Sequence record: SRR31156797_8480 | Reading direction: 5' to 3' (one strand) | Length of the DNA: 64,000 nt | In this document: positions 16,921-27,912 of the stretch, piece by piece | How the letters are laid out: the number at the start of each line of letters is the position of its first letter | How positions within the stretch are numbered: position 1 is the stretch's first letter | Position numbers and translations under genes: made by a program | The notes under the pieces: model-generated | The model's input: only the letters and a program-made list of their open reading frames with translations | What the model was told of the DNA's origin: nothing | The model's database searches: none

Positions 16921-17622
16921 CTACCCTTGCCAACGCTGATTTACTAGCCTTTGATGACGTTGGAATCGCACTTTATAGTTCATTGCTGCACATTCATCGA
17001 TTTGATAGCCCAAATATAGCCACTGTTTTTGGTGTGATTGGCAGTATTTGACTTGCAGTAAAACAGCTAAAGTTCCTATAGATATCGAGGATTCTGGCTC
17101 AAAGAAGGTATAGAAGGCACTGGCACTGAGGGGGAGGACGTCGGTGACAGCTATCGCAATTAGTCGGTTGTTTTGGTAGATGTGCAGAAAATGAGTGTTT
17201 AGCCACTGTGACTTAGCAAATTTATCGAACTCATCTTTTCTCGGTGGATACATGCTGCCGTTGCGATGTCTGGCCTTGATGTATTTTGAATAAAGGTCAA
17301 ACCAGTTATCGTCTAAATCGGATTTCATCTCCCAACTGATTTCACCCTTCACTTTGTTTAATAAACGCTTTTGACTTTTTGAAAGGGTAAAATCTGGAAT
17401 TGCTACACGCAAAGCATGACAGGCGCTACAGTTGTCACAGTGAGGTTTGTAGATGGTATCGCCGCTACGGCGAAATCCATTTGCCAGTAGAACTTCATAA
17501 TTTTCATCAGATTGCATTTTATTATCTAAGGCAACCGCAACGCGTTCCATGCGATCGTTTAGGTAACTGCAAGGGTGGTTGTTGGTTAGACCAATCCTAA
17601 TTTGATGAATATCAGAGCTCAC
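16921..17622 (-). CDS. bpt: Aminoacyl-tRNA--protein transferase of the ATE1-like family (Bpt, Asp/Glu-specific leucyltransferase)
   Basis: HPCSYL, GFRRSG-YKPHC-C--C and YLGYQI motifs; directly downstream of aat. Confidence 0.85.
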   Translation of the reverse strand: MSSDIHQIRIGLTNNHPCSYLNDRMERVAVALDNKMQSDENYEVLLANGFRRSGDTIYKPHCDNCSACHALRVAIPDFTLSKSQKRLLNKVKGEISWEMKSDLDDNWFDLYSKYIKARHRNGSMYPPRKDEFDKFAKSQWLNTHFLHIYQNNRLIAIAVTDVLPLSASAFYTFFEPESSISIGTLAVLLQVKYCQSHQKQWLYLGYQIDECAAMNYKVRFQRHQRLVNQRWQG

Positions 17623-17625
17623 GCT

Positions 17626-18351
17626 TTAATCACTCCCTTGTTCGCCCGGTAAATCGAGCCACTGACTTTTGAAGCAGTCTGGTTCAACAGACTGCTCTTT
17701 ATAAGATAGCAATGATTTCATAAATGCGTTACGTGGTAATTCAATCGCACCTAAAGATTGTAGGTGTGAATTCATTACCTGACAGTCAAGCAGCTTCCCA
17801 GAATGCTTCGCAAAGTGATGGCAAAAATACCACAATGCAATTTTTGAAGCGTTGGTTTTAGTGCTAAACATGGATTCGCCACAGAACATTTGCCCGACCT
17901 GAATACCATATAAACCTCCGACCAGTTGCTCTTCCTCCCAAACTTCTACCGAGTGACAGTGGCCGAGTTTGGCAAGATGACCATAGGCTTCTTTCATCTC
18001 TGGATGAATCCAGGTTTGTTCTGCGGAACGCGTTGCGGCACACATTTCGATAACTTGCTGGGTAGCATGATTAATGCTGACCAAATATTGACGTTTACGC
18101 TGAAATTTTTTCACACTTTTGGCTGGTTTGAATGTCTTAGGATCAAACACAGCGCGTGGTGAAGGGCTCCACCAAAGAATGGGCTCTCCTGGGCCATACC
18201 ACGGAAAAATGCCGTGTTGGTAGGCGTTATATACACGATCAGGGTTTAAATCTCCGCCGAATGCGAGTAATCCGTTGGGATCTTCCAGCGCATCATAAGG
18301 GGAAGGGAAGCTAAAATCGTTAGCAGCTAACTCGTGCAGGTAAATCGCCAT
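17626..18351 (-). CDS. aat: Leucyl/phenylalanyl-tRNA--protein transferase
   Basis: GIFPW, WWSP, HSVEVW, GESMFS and NASK motifs. Confidence 0.96.
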   Translation of the reverse strand: MAIYLHELAANDFSFPSPYDALEDPNGLLAFGGDLNPDRVYNAYQHGIFPWYGPGEPILWWSPSPRAVFDPKTFKPAKSVKKFQRKRQYLVSINHATQQVIEMCAATRSAEQTWIHPEMKEAYGHLAKLGHCHSVEVWEEEQLVGGLYGIQVGQMFCGESMFSTKTNASKIALWYFCHHFAKHSGKLLDCQVMNSHLQSLGAIELPRNAFMKSLLSYKEQSVEPDCFKSQWLDLPGEQGSD

Positions 18352-18380
18352 TCGAACCTTATCTTTAATCAGGAGAAAAC

Positions 18381-18836
18381 ATGAAAAAATGGTTTTGGAT
18401 CATATTGATTTTTCCGTTGTTTGCCAATGCCGGTTATCAACGTAATCAAGCCAGAGACGTCAACCAAGTCGTGTTCGGTACGGTAGAGCATGTTCGCTAT
18501 ATTTCTCAACAAGATGTTATTCATTCTAAAGCAAATGGGTGGGAAACGTTATTGGGAGCCGTTATCGGTGGTTTAATTGGCAATCAGTTTGGTGATGGTC
18601 ATGGAAGAGAGGTTGCTACTGCGGTCGGCGCTATTGCCGGTGGTAGTATTGCGCGTAACAGTGCCGACCAAGTGTATCGTGTTGAGTATCGTTTGGTTGA
18701 GATACTGATTGAAACTTCGGATGGTCAATGGATTGATGTTATTCAGGATATCGACCGAAACATGCTGTTTAACAAGGGCGATAACGTGCGAATCTTGTAT
18801 TTTGACGACGGTGTTAGGGTTGATGTGGAAATGTAA
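18381..18836 (+). CDS. Exported glycine-zipper 2TM protein (SlyB/YcfJ-like)
   Basis: Signal peptide ending ANA; GAVIGGLIGNQFGDGHG-ATAVGAIAGG glycine zipper. Confidence 0.8.
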   Translation: MKKWFWIILIFPLFANAGYQRNQARDVNQVVFGTVEHVRYISQQDVIHSKANGWETLLGAVIGGLIGNQFGDGHGREVATAVGAIAGGSIARNSADQVYRVEYRLVEILIETSDGQWIDVIQDIDRNMLFNKGDNVRILYFDDGVRVDVEM

Positions 18837-19005
18837 CCGAGCTGAGTTGGTTTAAAAACGGGATAAGGCATGAATAAAAAGTTAACGGAAGTCAAGAATT
18901 GGGCTGGTTTTCACTAATATTTTTGGTTAGTCTGCGAGTACGAAGAATTTTACACTGCTCCAGTTAATTCAAGAAAAACGAGTAGTGCAAGGAAACACAG
19001 CATTA

Positions 19006-20286
19006 ATGGAAAGCCTTACGTTACAACCTATTCAAAAAGTCAATGGAGAGGTTAATCTCCCTGGTTCAAAAAGTGTATCAAATCGAGCGTTGTTGCTAGC
19101 GGCACTCGCGAAAGGAACAACGCGATTAACTAACTTGTTAGACAGTGATGATATCCGTCACATGCTGAATGCACTGGCAAAGTTAGGCGTTCAATATCGC
19201 CTGTCTGAAGATAAAACGGTTTGTGAAGTGGAAGGCCTCGGTAAGCCGTTTACCGTCGTTCAAGCTCAAGAGCTGTTTTTAGGTAATGCGGGCACCGCGA
19301 TGCGTCCACTGGCTGCAGCATTGTGCTTGGGGCAAGGTGAGTATGTATTGACTGGTGAACCTCGCATGAAAGAGCGACCAATTGGTCACTTAGTCGACGC
19401 ACTACGCCAGGCTGGCGCTGATATCGAATACCTGGAAAATGAAAATTATCCACCGTTGCGAATCAAAGGTACCGGGCTTGAGTCTGGCACAGTTGAGATT
19501 GACGGTTCGATTTCAAGTCAGTTTTTGACCGCGTTTTTGATGTCAGCACCGCTTGCGAAAGGTGATATCACGATCAAAATTATCGGTGACCTGGTATCAA
19601 AGCCTTACATCGATATTACACTGCACATCATGAAGCAATTTGGTGTGGATGTTGAAAACAATAACTACCAAGAGTTCGTGATTCGAGCTGGCCAGTCGTA
19701 CATTGCGCCTGGCAACTTTCTGGTCGAAGGTGATGCCTCTTCAGCATCTTATTTTCTCGCTGCGGCTGCAATTAAAGGTGGTGAGATCAAAGTGACAGGT
19801 ATCGGTAAGAACAGTATTCAGGGCGATATTCAGTTTGCTGATGCACTGGAAAAAATGGGTGCAGAAATCGAGTGGGGTGATGACTATGTTATCTCACGCA
19901 GAGGTGAACTGAATGCTGTTGATTTAGATTTCAACCATATCCCTGATGCAGCAATGACTATCGCGACGGCCGCTTTGTTTGCTAAAGGTACGACTGCAAT
20001 ACGTAACGTCTATAACTGGCGTGTGAAGGAGACTGACCGTTTGTCTGCCATGGCGACAGAACTGCGCAAAGTAGGCGCAGAAGTCGAAGAGGGCGATGAT
20101 TACATTGTCATTACACCGCCAGCTCAGTTAATCCATGCAGCCATTGATACTTATGATGACCATAGAATGGCGATGTGTTTCTCCTTGGTCGCGTTAAGTG
20201 ATACTCCGGTGACGATTAATGACCCGAAGTGCACTTCTAAAACCTTCCCTGATTACTTTGATAAATTTGCTAATTTAGCTCAGTAA
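19006..20286 (+). CDS. aroA: 3-phosphoshikimate 1-carboxyvinyltransferase
   Basis: [26 protein letters not shown] and DHRMAM motifs. Confidence 0.97.
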   Translation: MESLTLQPIQKVNGEVNLPGSKSVSNRALLLAALAKGTTRLTNLLDSDDIRHMLNALAKLGVQYRLSEDKTVCEVEGLGKPFTVVQAQELFLGNAGTAMRPLAAALCLGQGEYVLTGEPRMKERPIGHLVDALRQAGADIEYLENENYPPLRIKGTGLESGTVEIDGSISSQFLTAFLMSAPLAKGDITIKIIGDLVSKPYIDITLHIMKQFGVDVENNNYQEFVIRAGQSYIAPGNFLVEGDASSASYFLAAAAIKGGEIKVTGIGKNSIQGDIQFADALEKMGAEIEWGDDYVISRRGELNAVDLDFNHIPDAAMTIATAALFAKGTTAIRNVYNWRVKETDRLSAMATELRKVGAEVEEGDDYIVITPPAQLIHAAIDTYDDHRMAMCFSLVALSDTPVTINDPKCTSKTFPDYFDKFANLAQ

Positions 20287-20293
20287 TTACTTG

Positions 20294-20323
20294 AAATAAA
20301 AGCCTCTTATGAGGCTTTTATTT
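20294..20323. terminator. Bidirectional terminator between aroA and yciN
   Basis: AATAAAAGCCTC-TTAT-GAGGCTTTTATT. Confidence 0.85.
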
Positions 20324-20570
20324 ATTTTTGTACGCTGAACTCTTTCGAGAGCTGATGAGCGAGATATTTAAACATATTGAAAACCACTGTGGTTTTTTCT
20401 GTCGGTAAGCCATTTGCATCTAAGAAATAATTACCTTTAAAAACCAGCACATCATCTTTTTCCTCGACACTATCGGCACGCAGGCCTTCAAAATATTGGT
20501 CATGGTCTTGAATAAGTTGATTGGCAATCAATAGTAATTCAAATTCGCTAACGTTTTTTTTATCACTCAT
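20322..20570 (-). CDS. yciN: YciN / DUF2498 family protein
   Basis: 82 aa; FNMFKYLAH C-terminal motif; divergent from topA as in enterobacteria. Confidence 0.8.
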   Translation of the reverse strand: MSDKKNVSEFELLLIANQLIQDHDQYFEGLRADSVEEKDDVLVFKGNYFLDANGLPTEKTTVVFNMFKYLAHQLSKEFSVQK

Positions 20571-20989
20571 GAATGGGTTACCTCACTGATGTGGTGTTAG
20601 GTTTTTCTTTGAGAGTTTGACATAAAGACGATACTGTCAGACCCTTTTATTGCACCACTTTATCTAAAACTGATTGCTGAGTTTAAACCGCTACTCAACG
20701 AATTCTATGATCATAAACAGAAATGGTAGGATTTGTGAAACGGTACTTTTTGTGATTTGCTCCATATTTAATTCGTTTAGGGTCGCGTATCGCAAGCGGT
20801 CAATTTAGTATGTGCTCGATTTTAAACGTAGAAGCACAATTCGTCGATTTGTCGAGCAAATAAATAGGTTTTTAAAAAAACAAGTTGATCTTCTTGTTGT
20901 TCGGCTCGATAGTAAAAAAAGAAGCAATATTGTGGAGTGTCAATTCGTTTGACAGTTTTCATAGTGATTAAGGACATTTGAGTCAAGTT

Positions 20990-23614
20990 ATGGGTAAATC
21001 ACTCGTTATAGTGGAATCGCCAGCCAAGGCTAAAACAATCAACAAATATCTTGGTAAAGACTTCATCGTTAAGTCTAGTGTCGGTCATGTCCGCGATCTT
21101 CCTACTGCCGGTCAAAGTACTGCGGCCAAAAAAGCTGCAGCAACGTCAACGAAGAATTTAAGTGCTGAAGAAAAAGCACGTATCAAGAAAGAGAAAGAGC
21201 GTAGTGCGCTAATCAAGAAAATGGGTATCGACCCATTTCATGGTTGGGAAGCCAATTACCAAATCCTTCCAGGGAAGGAGAAAGTGGTTGCAGAGCTACA
21301 GAAACTCGCCAAAGACGCAGATAACGTTTATCTCGCAACCGATTTGGACCGCGAAGGGGAAGCAATCGCATGGCACCTTCGTGAGATCATCGGCGGCGAT
21401 GAACAGCGATACAAACGTGTAGTCTTTAACGAAATTACCAAAAACGCTATCCAGCAAGCTTTCCAAAAACCGGGAGAGCTGAACATGGATGGGGTTAACG
21501 CGCAGCAAGCACGTCGTTTTATGGACCGTGTTGTGGGCTTTATGGTTTCTCCTCTGTTGTGGAAGAAAGTCGCCCGTGGTCTTTCTGCTGGCCGTGTTCA
21601 ATCGGTGGCAGTAAAACTCCTTGTAGAGCGTGAACGTGCAATCAAAGCGTTCGTTCCTGAAGAGTTTTGGGATATTCACGCAGATACGAAGACACCTTCT
21701 TCTGAGGCTTTCCGTCTTCAGGTCGCGCAAAAAGATGGTGTTGCGTTCAAACCAACTAACGAAACGGATGCAATGGCATCGGTTGCGGCATTGCAAAAAG
21801 CGACTTACGAGGTTTGTAAGCGTGAAGACCGCCCGACCAGCAGCAAATCCAGTGCTCCGTTTATTACATCGACCCTACAGCAAGCGGCAAGTACTCGCTT
21901 AGGTTACGGTGTTAAGAAGACCATGATGCTCGCACAGCGCTTGTATGAAGCGGGTTACATTACCTATATGCGTACTGACTCAACCAACTTGAGTGCAGAA
22001 GCTGTCGATGCGGTTCGTGAATATATCAACGCTGAATTCGGTGCTGATTATTTACCAGCGAAAGCGAAGGTTTACGGTAGTAAAGAGGGCGCACAAGAGG
22101 CGCACGAAGCGATTCGTCCATCGAGTGTTGATGTGAAGGCTGATGACCTTGACGGGATGGAAGCGGACGCTCACAAACTTTACGCGTTGATTTGGAATCA
22201 GTTTGTTGCCTGTCAAATGACCGATGCAAAGTACGACTCAACCACAGTGAGCGTAAAAGCAGCGGAATATACATTGAAAGCGAAAGGTCGCATTCTTAAA
22301 TTTGACGGTTGGACTCGTGTTCAGCGCCCGTTAGGTAAGAATGAAGATCAAATTCTTCCTGCGGTAAAAGTAGGCGATAAGTTAGCGCTTGAAAAACTGG
22401 ATCCAAGACAACAGTTCACTAAGCCACCAGCACGCTATACTGAAGCTGCACTGGTTAAAGAACTAGAAAAACGTGGTATCGGCCGCCCATCAACGTACGC
22501 TTCAATCATTTCAACCATTCAAGATCGTGGTTATGTAAAAGTAGAGCAACGTCGTTTCTACGCAGAGAAAATGGGTGAAATCGTTACGGACCGTTTGGAT
22601 GACAGCTTCGATGATTTGATGAACTATGACTTCACTGCCCGTATGGAAGAGAAGTTAGACCAAATCGCAGAAGGCGAAACCAGCTGGAAAGGCGTATTAG
22701 ACAGTTTCTTCAATGATTTTAGCGGCGATTTAGAAAAAGCGGAATTAGACGAAGACCACGGTGGTATGAAGCCTAACCATATTGTTGAGACCAATATTAT
22801 GTGTCCAACGTGTGGCCGTCCAATGGGTATTCGTACAGCATCTACAGGTGTATTCCTTGGCTGTTCTGGTTATGCACTTCCACCGAAAGAGCGTTGTAAG
22901 ACAACGATCAACTTAGGTGATGAAGAAGGCATCATTAACGTTCTGGAAGAAGACGTTGAAACAGCGGCGCTTCGTGCGAAAAAGCGTTGTCCTATTTGTG
23001 AAACCGCAATGGACGCTTACCTGATTGACGATAAGCGTAAGCTGCACGTTTGTGGTAATAACCCGAACTGTGATGGTTACATCGTTGAAGAGGGTGAGTT
23101 CAAAGTTAAAGGTTACGATGGCCCAGTTGTTGAGTGTGACAAGTGTGGCTCAGACATGGTGCTTAAGAATGGCCGCTTCGGTAAGTACATGGGTTGTACG
23201 AGTGAAGAATGTAAAAATACTCGTAAGATTCTGAAGAATGGTGAAGTGGCTCCTCCTAAGGAAGATCCTGTTCACTTCCCAGAACTGCCATGTGAAAACT
23301 CGGATGCTTACTTCGTATTACGTGATGGAGCTTCTGGTCTGTTCTTTGCTGCAAGCAACTTCCCTAAATCTCGTGAGACGCGCGCTCCGTTAGTGGAAGA
23401 GTTGGCGAAGTACAAAGATCGAATTTCTGAGAAATTCCAGTATCTGGCAACTGCACCTGCACATGATCCAGATGGCAAACCAGCAGTGGTTCGTTTTAGT
23501 CGTAAAACGAAAGAACATTATGTTCGTACTGAAAACGATGGAAAACCATCCGGCTGGACTGCACTTTACGTTGATGGTAAGTGGGAAGTTACAGATAAAC
23601 GTAAAAAATCTTAA
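20990..23614 (+). CDS. topA: DNA topoisomerase I
   Basis: [27 protein letters not shown] (catalytic Tyr) and C-terminal zinc ribbons. Confidence 0.98.
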   Translation: MGKSLVIVESPAKAKTINKYLGKDFIVKSSVGHVRDLPTAGQSTAAKKAAATSTKNLSAEEKARIKKEKERSALIKKMGIDPFHGWEANYQILPGKEKVVAELQKLAKDADNVYLATDLDREGEAIAWHLREIIGGDEQRYKRVVFNEITKNAIQQAFQKPGELNMDGVNAQQARRFMDRVVGFMVSPLLWKKVARGLSAGRVQSVAVKLLVERERAIKAFVPEEFWDIHADTKTPSSEAFRLQVAQKDGVAFKPTNETDAMASVAALQKATYEVCKREDRPTSSKSSAPFITSTLQQAASTRLGYGVKKTMMLAQRLYEAGYITYMRTDSTNLSAEAVDAVREYINAEFGADYLPAKAKVYGSKEGAQEAHEAIRPSSVDVKADDLDGMEADAHKLYALIWNQFVACQMTDAKYDSTTVSVKAAEYTLKAKGRILKFDGWTRVQRPLGKNEDQILPAVKVGDKLALEKLDPRQQFTKPPARYTEAALVKELEKRGIGRPSTYASIISTIQDRGYVKVEQRRFYAEKMGEIVTDRLDDSFDDLMNYDFTARMEEKLDQIAEGETSWKGVLDSFFNDFSGDLEKAELDEDHGGMKPNHIVETNIMCPTCGRPMGIRTASTGVFLGCSGYALPPKERCKTTINLGDEEGIINVLEEDVETAALRAKKRCPICETAMDAYLIDDKRKLHVCGNNPNCDGYIVEEGEFKVKGYDGPVVECDKCGSDMVLKNGRFGKYMGCTSEECKNTRKILKNGEVAPPKEDPVHFPELPCENSDAYFVLRDGASGLFFAASNFPKSRETRAPLVEELAKYKDRISEKFQYLATAPAHDPDGKPAVVRFSRKTKEHYVRTENDGKPSGWTALYVDGKWEVTDKRKKS

Positions 23615-23636
23615 TTGAGTTTTTGCTCTATAAATC

Positions 23637-23663
23637 AAAGGGTAGCGTTAAGCTGCCCTTTTT
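23637..23663 (+). terminator. topA terminator
   Basis: AAAGGGTAGC-GTTAA-GCTGCCCTTTTT. Confidence 0.8.
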
Positions 23664-23728
23664 CAATTTTGCAATTTTTGATTGTTAACAGGCTACTGTC
23701 TGGTTAATGAAATTAAAACCTTAGAACT

Positions 23729-23744
23729 TGTGCAGGAACTCATA
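23729..23744. promoter_or_regulatory. Possible CRP site upstream of glgC
   Basis: TGTGC-N6-TCATA matches 8/10 of TGTGA-N6-TCACA. Confidence 0.3.
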
Positions 23745-23937
23745 CTTTGAACTTTTGCTCATACCCAATGCATAAGTTTGTCATCTTTAAATCACTTTCT
23801 CCTTATATAGTTAAACTTCGGTACGTAACTTATTTATTTTTGTAATTGTTTTGATTACTCGAGTGATGACCGGAAACGCTGCCATACCCCCTAAATAAAA
23901 GTGGCAGACGTCAATATTATAATTTTGGAGATCTACT

Positions 23938-25155
23938 ATGTTCGGTGTATTAGGAATGATTTTGGCTGGTGGGGAAGGATCCCGCTTGATGCCGTTAACA
24001 GAATCTCGATCCAAACCTTCGGTTCCATTCGGAGGCAGCTATCGCCTGATTGACTTCGCTTTAAATAATTTTGTAAATGCTGACTTGATGAGAATTTATG
24101 TTCTTACTCAATTCAAATCTCAATCTCTTTATCTGCACATGAAAAAAGGATGGAACGTGTCTGGGATCACCAACCGTTTTATCGACACCATCCCTGCGCA
24201 AATGCGTGATGGGAAGAGATGGTATGAAGGCACCGCAGATGCCATTTATCAGAACATCATGTTTGTTGAAAATTCAGGCGCAAGTGAAGTTTGTATATTT
24301 GGTTCTGACCATGTGTACAAAATGGATATTCGTCAAATGCTAGATTTCCACCGTGAGAAAGAGGCAAGCCTAACCGTAGCCGCGTTACGTATGCCTTTAT
24401 CCGAAGCGTCACAATTTGGCGTTATTGAAGTGGATGAAGATGGAAAAATGATTGGTTTCCAAGAGAAGCCAGCGAACCCTAAATCGATTCCTGGAGAACC
24501 TGATTGGGCGCTAGTTTCTATGGGTAACTACATCTTTGAATCGTGCGTATTGTGCCGTGAACTGCGTGACGATGCGGCTAATACTGAATCGAGTCATGAC
24601 TTTGGTAAAGATATCATTCCGAAAATGTTCCCTAAAGGTGGGGTCTACGTATACGATTTTTCGAATAACAAAATCAAAGGAGAAATCGATAATACGTATT
24701 GGCGTGATGTCGGTACCATAGAAGCTTACTGGGCCGCGCACATGGATTTATTAGAGAAAAACCCTCCGTTCTCTTTGTATAACCGTAGTTGGCCACTGCA
24801 TACGTTTTACCCGCCCTTGCCACCAGCCACCTTTGTAGATTCTGGTGATCGTAAAGTTAAGATCACGGATAGCCTCATATCAGGAGGAAGTTATATTCAA
24901 GGATCAACCATTTATAAATCAGTATTGGGATTTAGAAGTAATATTGCTGCTGGCTCTTTGATAAGTGAATCTGTTATCTTGGGGGATGTAAAAGTTGGTG
25001 CAGGGTGCTCAATTACACGTGCGATTATCGATAAGCATGTGGAAATTGCTCCAGGCACTGTTATTGGCGAAAACTTAGAACTGGACCGAAAACGATTCCA
25101 CGTATCTGACGACGGAATCGTTGTCATTGCAAAAGGAACAAAAGTTGGATTCTAG
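23938..25155 (+). CDS. glgC: Glucose-1-phosphate adenylyltransferase
   Basis: LAGGEGSRL, GTADAIYQN, SMGNY, DFGKDIIP and YWRDVGT motifs. Confidence 0.96.
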   Translation: MFGVLGMILAGGEGSRLMPLTESRSKPSVPFGGSYRLIDFALNNFVNADLMRIYVLTQFKSQSLYLHMKKGWNVSGITNRFIDTIPAQMRDGKRWYEGTADAIYQNIMFVENSGASEVCIFGSDHVYKMDIRQMLDFHREKEASLTVAALRMPLSEASQFGVIEVDEDGKMIGFQEKPANPKSIPGEPDWALVSMGNYIFESCVLCRELRDDAANTESSHDFGKDIIPKMFPKGGVYVYDFSNNKIKGEIDNTYWRDVGTIEAYWAAHMDLLEKNPPFSLYNRSWPLHTFYPPLPPATFVDSGDRKVKITDSLISGGSYIQGSTIYKSVLGFRSNIAAGSLISESVILGDVKVGAGCSITRAIIDKHVEIAPGTVIGENLELDRKRFHVSDDGIVVIAKGTKVGF

Positions 25156-26611
25156 AAAGGAACAACTCAATATATGGTTTACCGTTTCTGAAGTTCAAGG
25201 CATCGTAAAAAGTGGAGGCTTGGCTGATGTAGCCAAGGCTCTGCCGAAAGCGTTGGTGGAACTGGGCCATGAAGTCGCTATTGTGCTACCTGGTTACAGA
25301 ACGGTTCCTGAAAAAGACACTTCTCCTGTCATTCTTGAAACAGAATTGACTCACTGGCCTCATGTTCGCTACCAAGTGCGTCAACGTGAGCTTGAAGGAG
25401 TGAAGGTTTACCTAATTGATTGCGATTCATATTTTGATCGCCCAGATCTGTATGCAGAAAATAACCAAGCCTACCCGGATAATGGTGAGCGTTTTGGCTT
25501 TTTCTCTGCTGCTTGCCTTGATGTACTGCCCAAACTTGGTATCAAACCGGACATTATCCACGCCAACGATTGGCATACTGGCCTTGTCCCATTTTTACTT
25601 AAAACGCGTTTCGAAAAAGATCCTTATTTTGACGGCGTGAAGAGTGTTATCACGATTCATAATGCAATGTTTAAAGGCATCTTTTCTCATCATCAACTCG
25701 AAGTCATTCCTGAGTTAAACTTGTCGGGAATGGAATTTTTAGAGTATGGCGTTGACCATATTAGCTTGTTAAGAGCGGGTATTGCATTTGCCGATAAAGT
25801 GAATGCCGTTAGCCCTAATTATGCTTCTGAGTTGCTTACGCCTCTTGGTTCTCATGGTTTGGTTGATGATTTTGTGCGTCGAGCGAGAGATTTACACGGT
25901 ATCGTTAATGGGTGTGATTATTCTGAGTGGGATCCTCGTACCGATAAGTACCTGCCGGTTTGCTATTCTGAATCGGCTCGTTCGTTGAAAAAAGGCAAAT
26001 CTGCAAGCAAAAAAGTGCTGCAAGAAGAGCTACATTTACCACAACGTGATGTGCCAATGTTTGGCATGGTGTGCCGTTTAACACATCAAAAAGGCTTCCA
26101 CTTTATTCTACCGATCTTAGAGAAGTTTCTACGTAACGACGTACAATTGGTGATTGTCGGTACTGGTGAGCCAGATGTGGCAGCGCAATTACGTAAAATT
26201 GCCAGTGAGTATCCGGAACAGTTTGCGTTTGTTGAAGCATACAGTAATCGCTATGCGCACCTGGTCGAAGCGGGATCCGATTTCTTCCTTATGCCTTCTG
26301 AGTTTGAGGCGTGTGGGTTAAATCAAATCTACAGCATGGCCTATGGTACTCTACCGATCGTACGTGAAGTGGGTGGCCTTAAAGATACGGTATTGGATTA
26401 CGATAAGTTCCCAAATGAAGCGACGGGTTTTGGTTTTCAGGAACCGTCACCAGAGGCACTGTTAATTACTATGCAGCGTGCTTTGCTGTTTTGTTTACAA
26501 CATCCGGATCGTATGCTTGAAGTACAACAACGAGCAATGCTACGTGATTTTAGTTGGAAAGAATCAGCATTGGAGTACATAAAAATGTACCATTTCGCAA
26601 TGTTTGAGTAG
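25145..26611 (+). CDS. glgA: Glycogen synthase
   Basis: KSGGLADV, HANDWH and PSEFEACGLNQ motifs. Start uncertain; TTG 25145 after AAGGA preferred. Confidence 0.94.
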   Translation: MDSRKEQLNIWFTVSEVQGIVKSGGLADVAKALPKALVELGHEVAIVLPGYRTVPEKDTSPVILETELTHWPHVRYQVRQRELEGVKVYLIDCDSYFDRPDLYAENNQAYPDNGERFGFFSAACLDVLPKLGIKPDIIHANDWHTGLVPFLLKTRFEKDPYFDGVKSVITIHNAMFKGIFSHHQLEVIPELNLSGMEFLEYGVDHISLLRAGIAFADKVNAVSPNYASELLTPLGSHGLVDDFVRRARDLHGIVNGCDYSEWDPRTDKYLPVCYSESARSLKKGKSASKKVLQEELHLPQRDVPMFGMVCRLTHQKGFHFILPILEKFLRNDVQLVIVGTGEPDVAAQLRKIASEYPEQFAFVEAYSNRYAHLVEAGSDFFLMPSEFEACGLNQIYSMAYGTLPIVREVGGLKDTVLDYDKFPNEATGFGFQEPSPEALLITMQRALLFCLQHPDRMLEVQQRAMLRDFSWKESALEYIKMYHFAMFE

Positions 26612-26637
26612 TTTAGATAGCGTTATTCTGAATGGAA

Positions 26638-26664
26638 CAAAACGGGGCCGAAGGCTCCGTTTTT
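26638..26664 (+). terminator. glgA terminator
   Basis: AAAACGGGGC-CGAAG-GCTCCGTTTTT. Confidence 0.8.
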
Positions 26665-26771
26665 GATCTGGTCGGGGTGTACTAACAGAATTTAACAACT
26701 ACAATCCCCATATGGGGGGAGTGTATGGTAGTCTCTGCCTTCAATATTTACTTTAAACTAAAGTGGTGTCG

Positions 26772-27578
26772 ATGCCTAAAAGCTTGCTATTTCATAAAAC
26801 TTACAACCATCCTACTAGCAAAGAGTGGGTGGTCTTTGTGCATGGAGCAGGGGGCAGTTCATCAATTTGGTTTAAACAAATTAAAGCGTATAAGCAGCAT
26901 TTCAATTTGCTTTTTATCGATCTTCGAGGTCACGGTAAATCACCTCAGTTGATTAAAGAACTGATTACGAATCAATATACGTTCAAATCAGTGACGCTAG
27001 ACGTACTAAGAGTCTTAGACCATCTCAAAATCCAGTCGGCACATTTTGTTGGCATGTCGTTGGGTACGATTATTGTACGTAACCTTGCAGAGCTAGCGGC
27101 TGAAAGAGTCAGCTCAATGGTGTTGGGAGGCGCGGTTACTCGCTTAAACACCCGCTCTCAGATTCTGGTTAAGCTTGGTCATATGAGTAAAAACTTTCTG
27201 CCATACATGTGGCTGTATCGTCTATTCGCTTATATTGTGATGCCTCAACGCTGTCAGAAAGAATCTAGGCATCTATTTGTTCGTGAAGCTAAAAAGCTGT
27301 GTCAGAAAGAGTTTAAACGCTGGTACACGCTGACTGCGGAAATAAACCCATTGATGCGCTATTTCCGAGATAGAGAGTTGCCAATTCCGACGCTGTACTT
27401 GATGGGGGAGCGTGACTATATGTTTATCAAGCCGGTTAAAGATATGGTGGCATTGCATGAAAAAAGTGAGCTATGGGAGATCCCGAACTGTGGTCACGTG
27501 TGTAATGTAGAGCAACCAGATGTGTTTAACCGTGTGTCTATTGATTTTATCAACAAGCAAGTAGCGATTAACGCGTAA
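26772..27578 (+). CDS. Alpha/beta-fold hydrolase
   Basis: HGAGG oxyanion motif, DLRGHG, GMSLG nucleophile elbow, and GERD/CGH triad residues. Confidence 0.88.
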   Translation: MPKSLLFHKTYNHPTSKEWVVFVHGAGGSSSIWFKQIKAYKQHFNLLFIDLRGHGKSPQLIKELITNQYTFKSVTLDVLRVLDHLKIQSAHFVGMSLGTIIVRNLAELAAERVSSMVLGGAVTRLNTRSQILVKLGHMSKNFLPYMWLYRLFAYIVMPQRCQKESRHLFVREAKKLCQKEFKRWYTLTAEINPLMRYFRDRELPIPTLYLMGERDYMFIKPVKDMVALHEKSELWEIPNCGHVCNVEQPDVFNRVSIDFINKQVAINA

Positions 27579-27595
27579 GTTGGCATATAAGCCAG

Positions 27596-27907
27596 CTAAC
27601 AGACACTTGCTCCACAATTCCAGCATACACCAAACTGCGGCTCGTTCGTTTCCCCACAGCTCTCACATTGCCACTCTTGTTGTTTTTCTACAGAGGGCTT
27701 TAGGTAAGCATTTATCAGTTCTTTTGATTGCGCCTCAAACTGAGGGCTGAGTAGCCACACGTATGGGGCTGAGCTATCGTCAAACGGAATTTCACCCCGA
27801 ACACTAAAAAGTGTGTCTCCTCTTACTTCGCAGGGAATGCGCTCCTGCTGAAGTAAACCACACACAATATGCGCTTCGGTTGGATTTTGAGCGACAAAAA
27901 TCTTCAC
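27596..27907 (-). CDS. DUF2007-like protein with a C-terminal RanBP2-type zinc finger
   Basis: EAHIVCGLLQQERI N-terminal domain; WQCESCGETNEPQFGVCWNC. Confidence 0.75.
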   Translation of the reverse strand: MKIFVAQNPTEAHIVCGLLQQERIPCEVRGDTLFSVRGEIPFDDSSAPYVWLLSPQFEAQSKELINAYLKPSVEKQQEWQCESCGETNEPQFGVCWNCGASVC

Positions 27908-27912
27908 TTGTT

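Noticed and set aside
18381-18836. Calling the glycine-zipper protein a lipoprotein
   Set aside because: The protein has no cysteine; the signal peptide looks like a signal peptidase I type.
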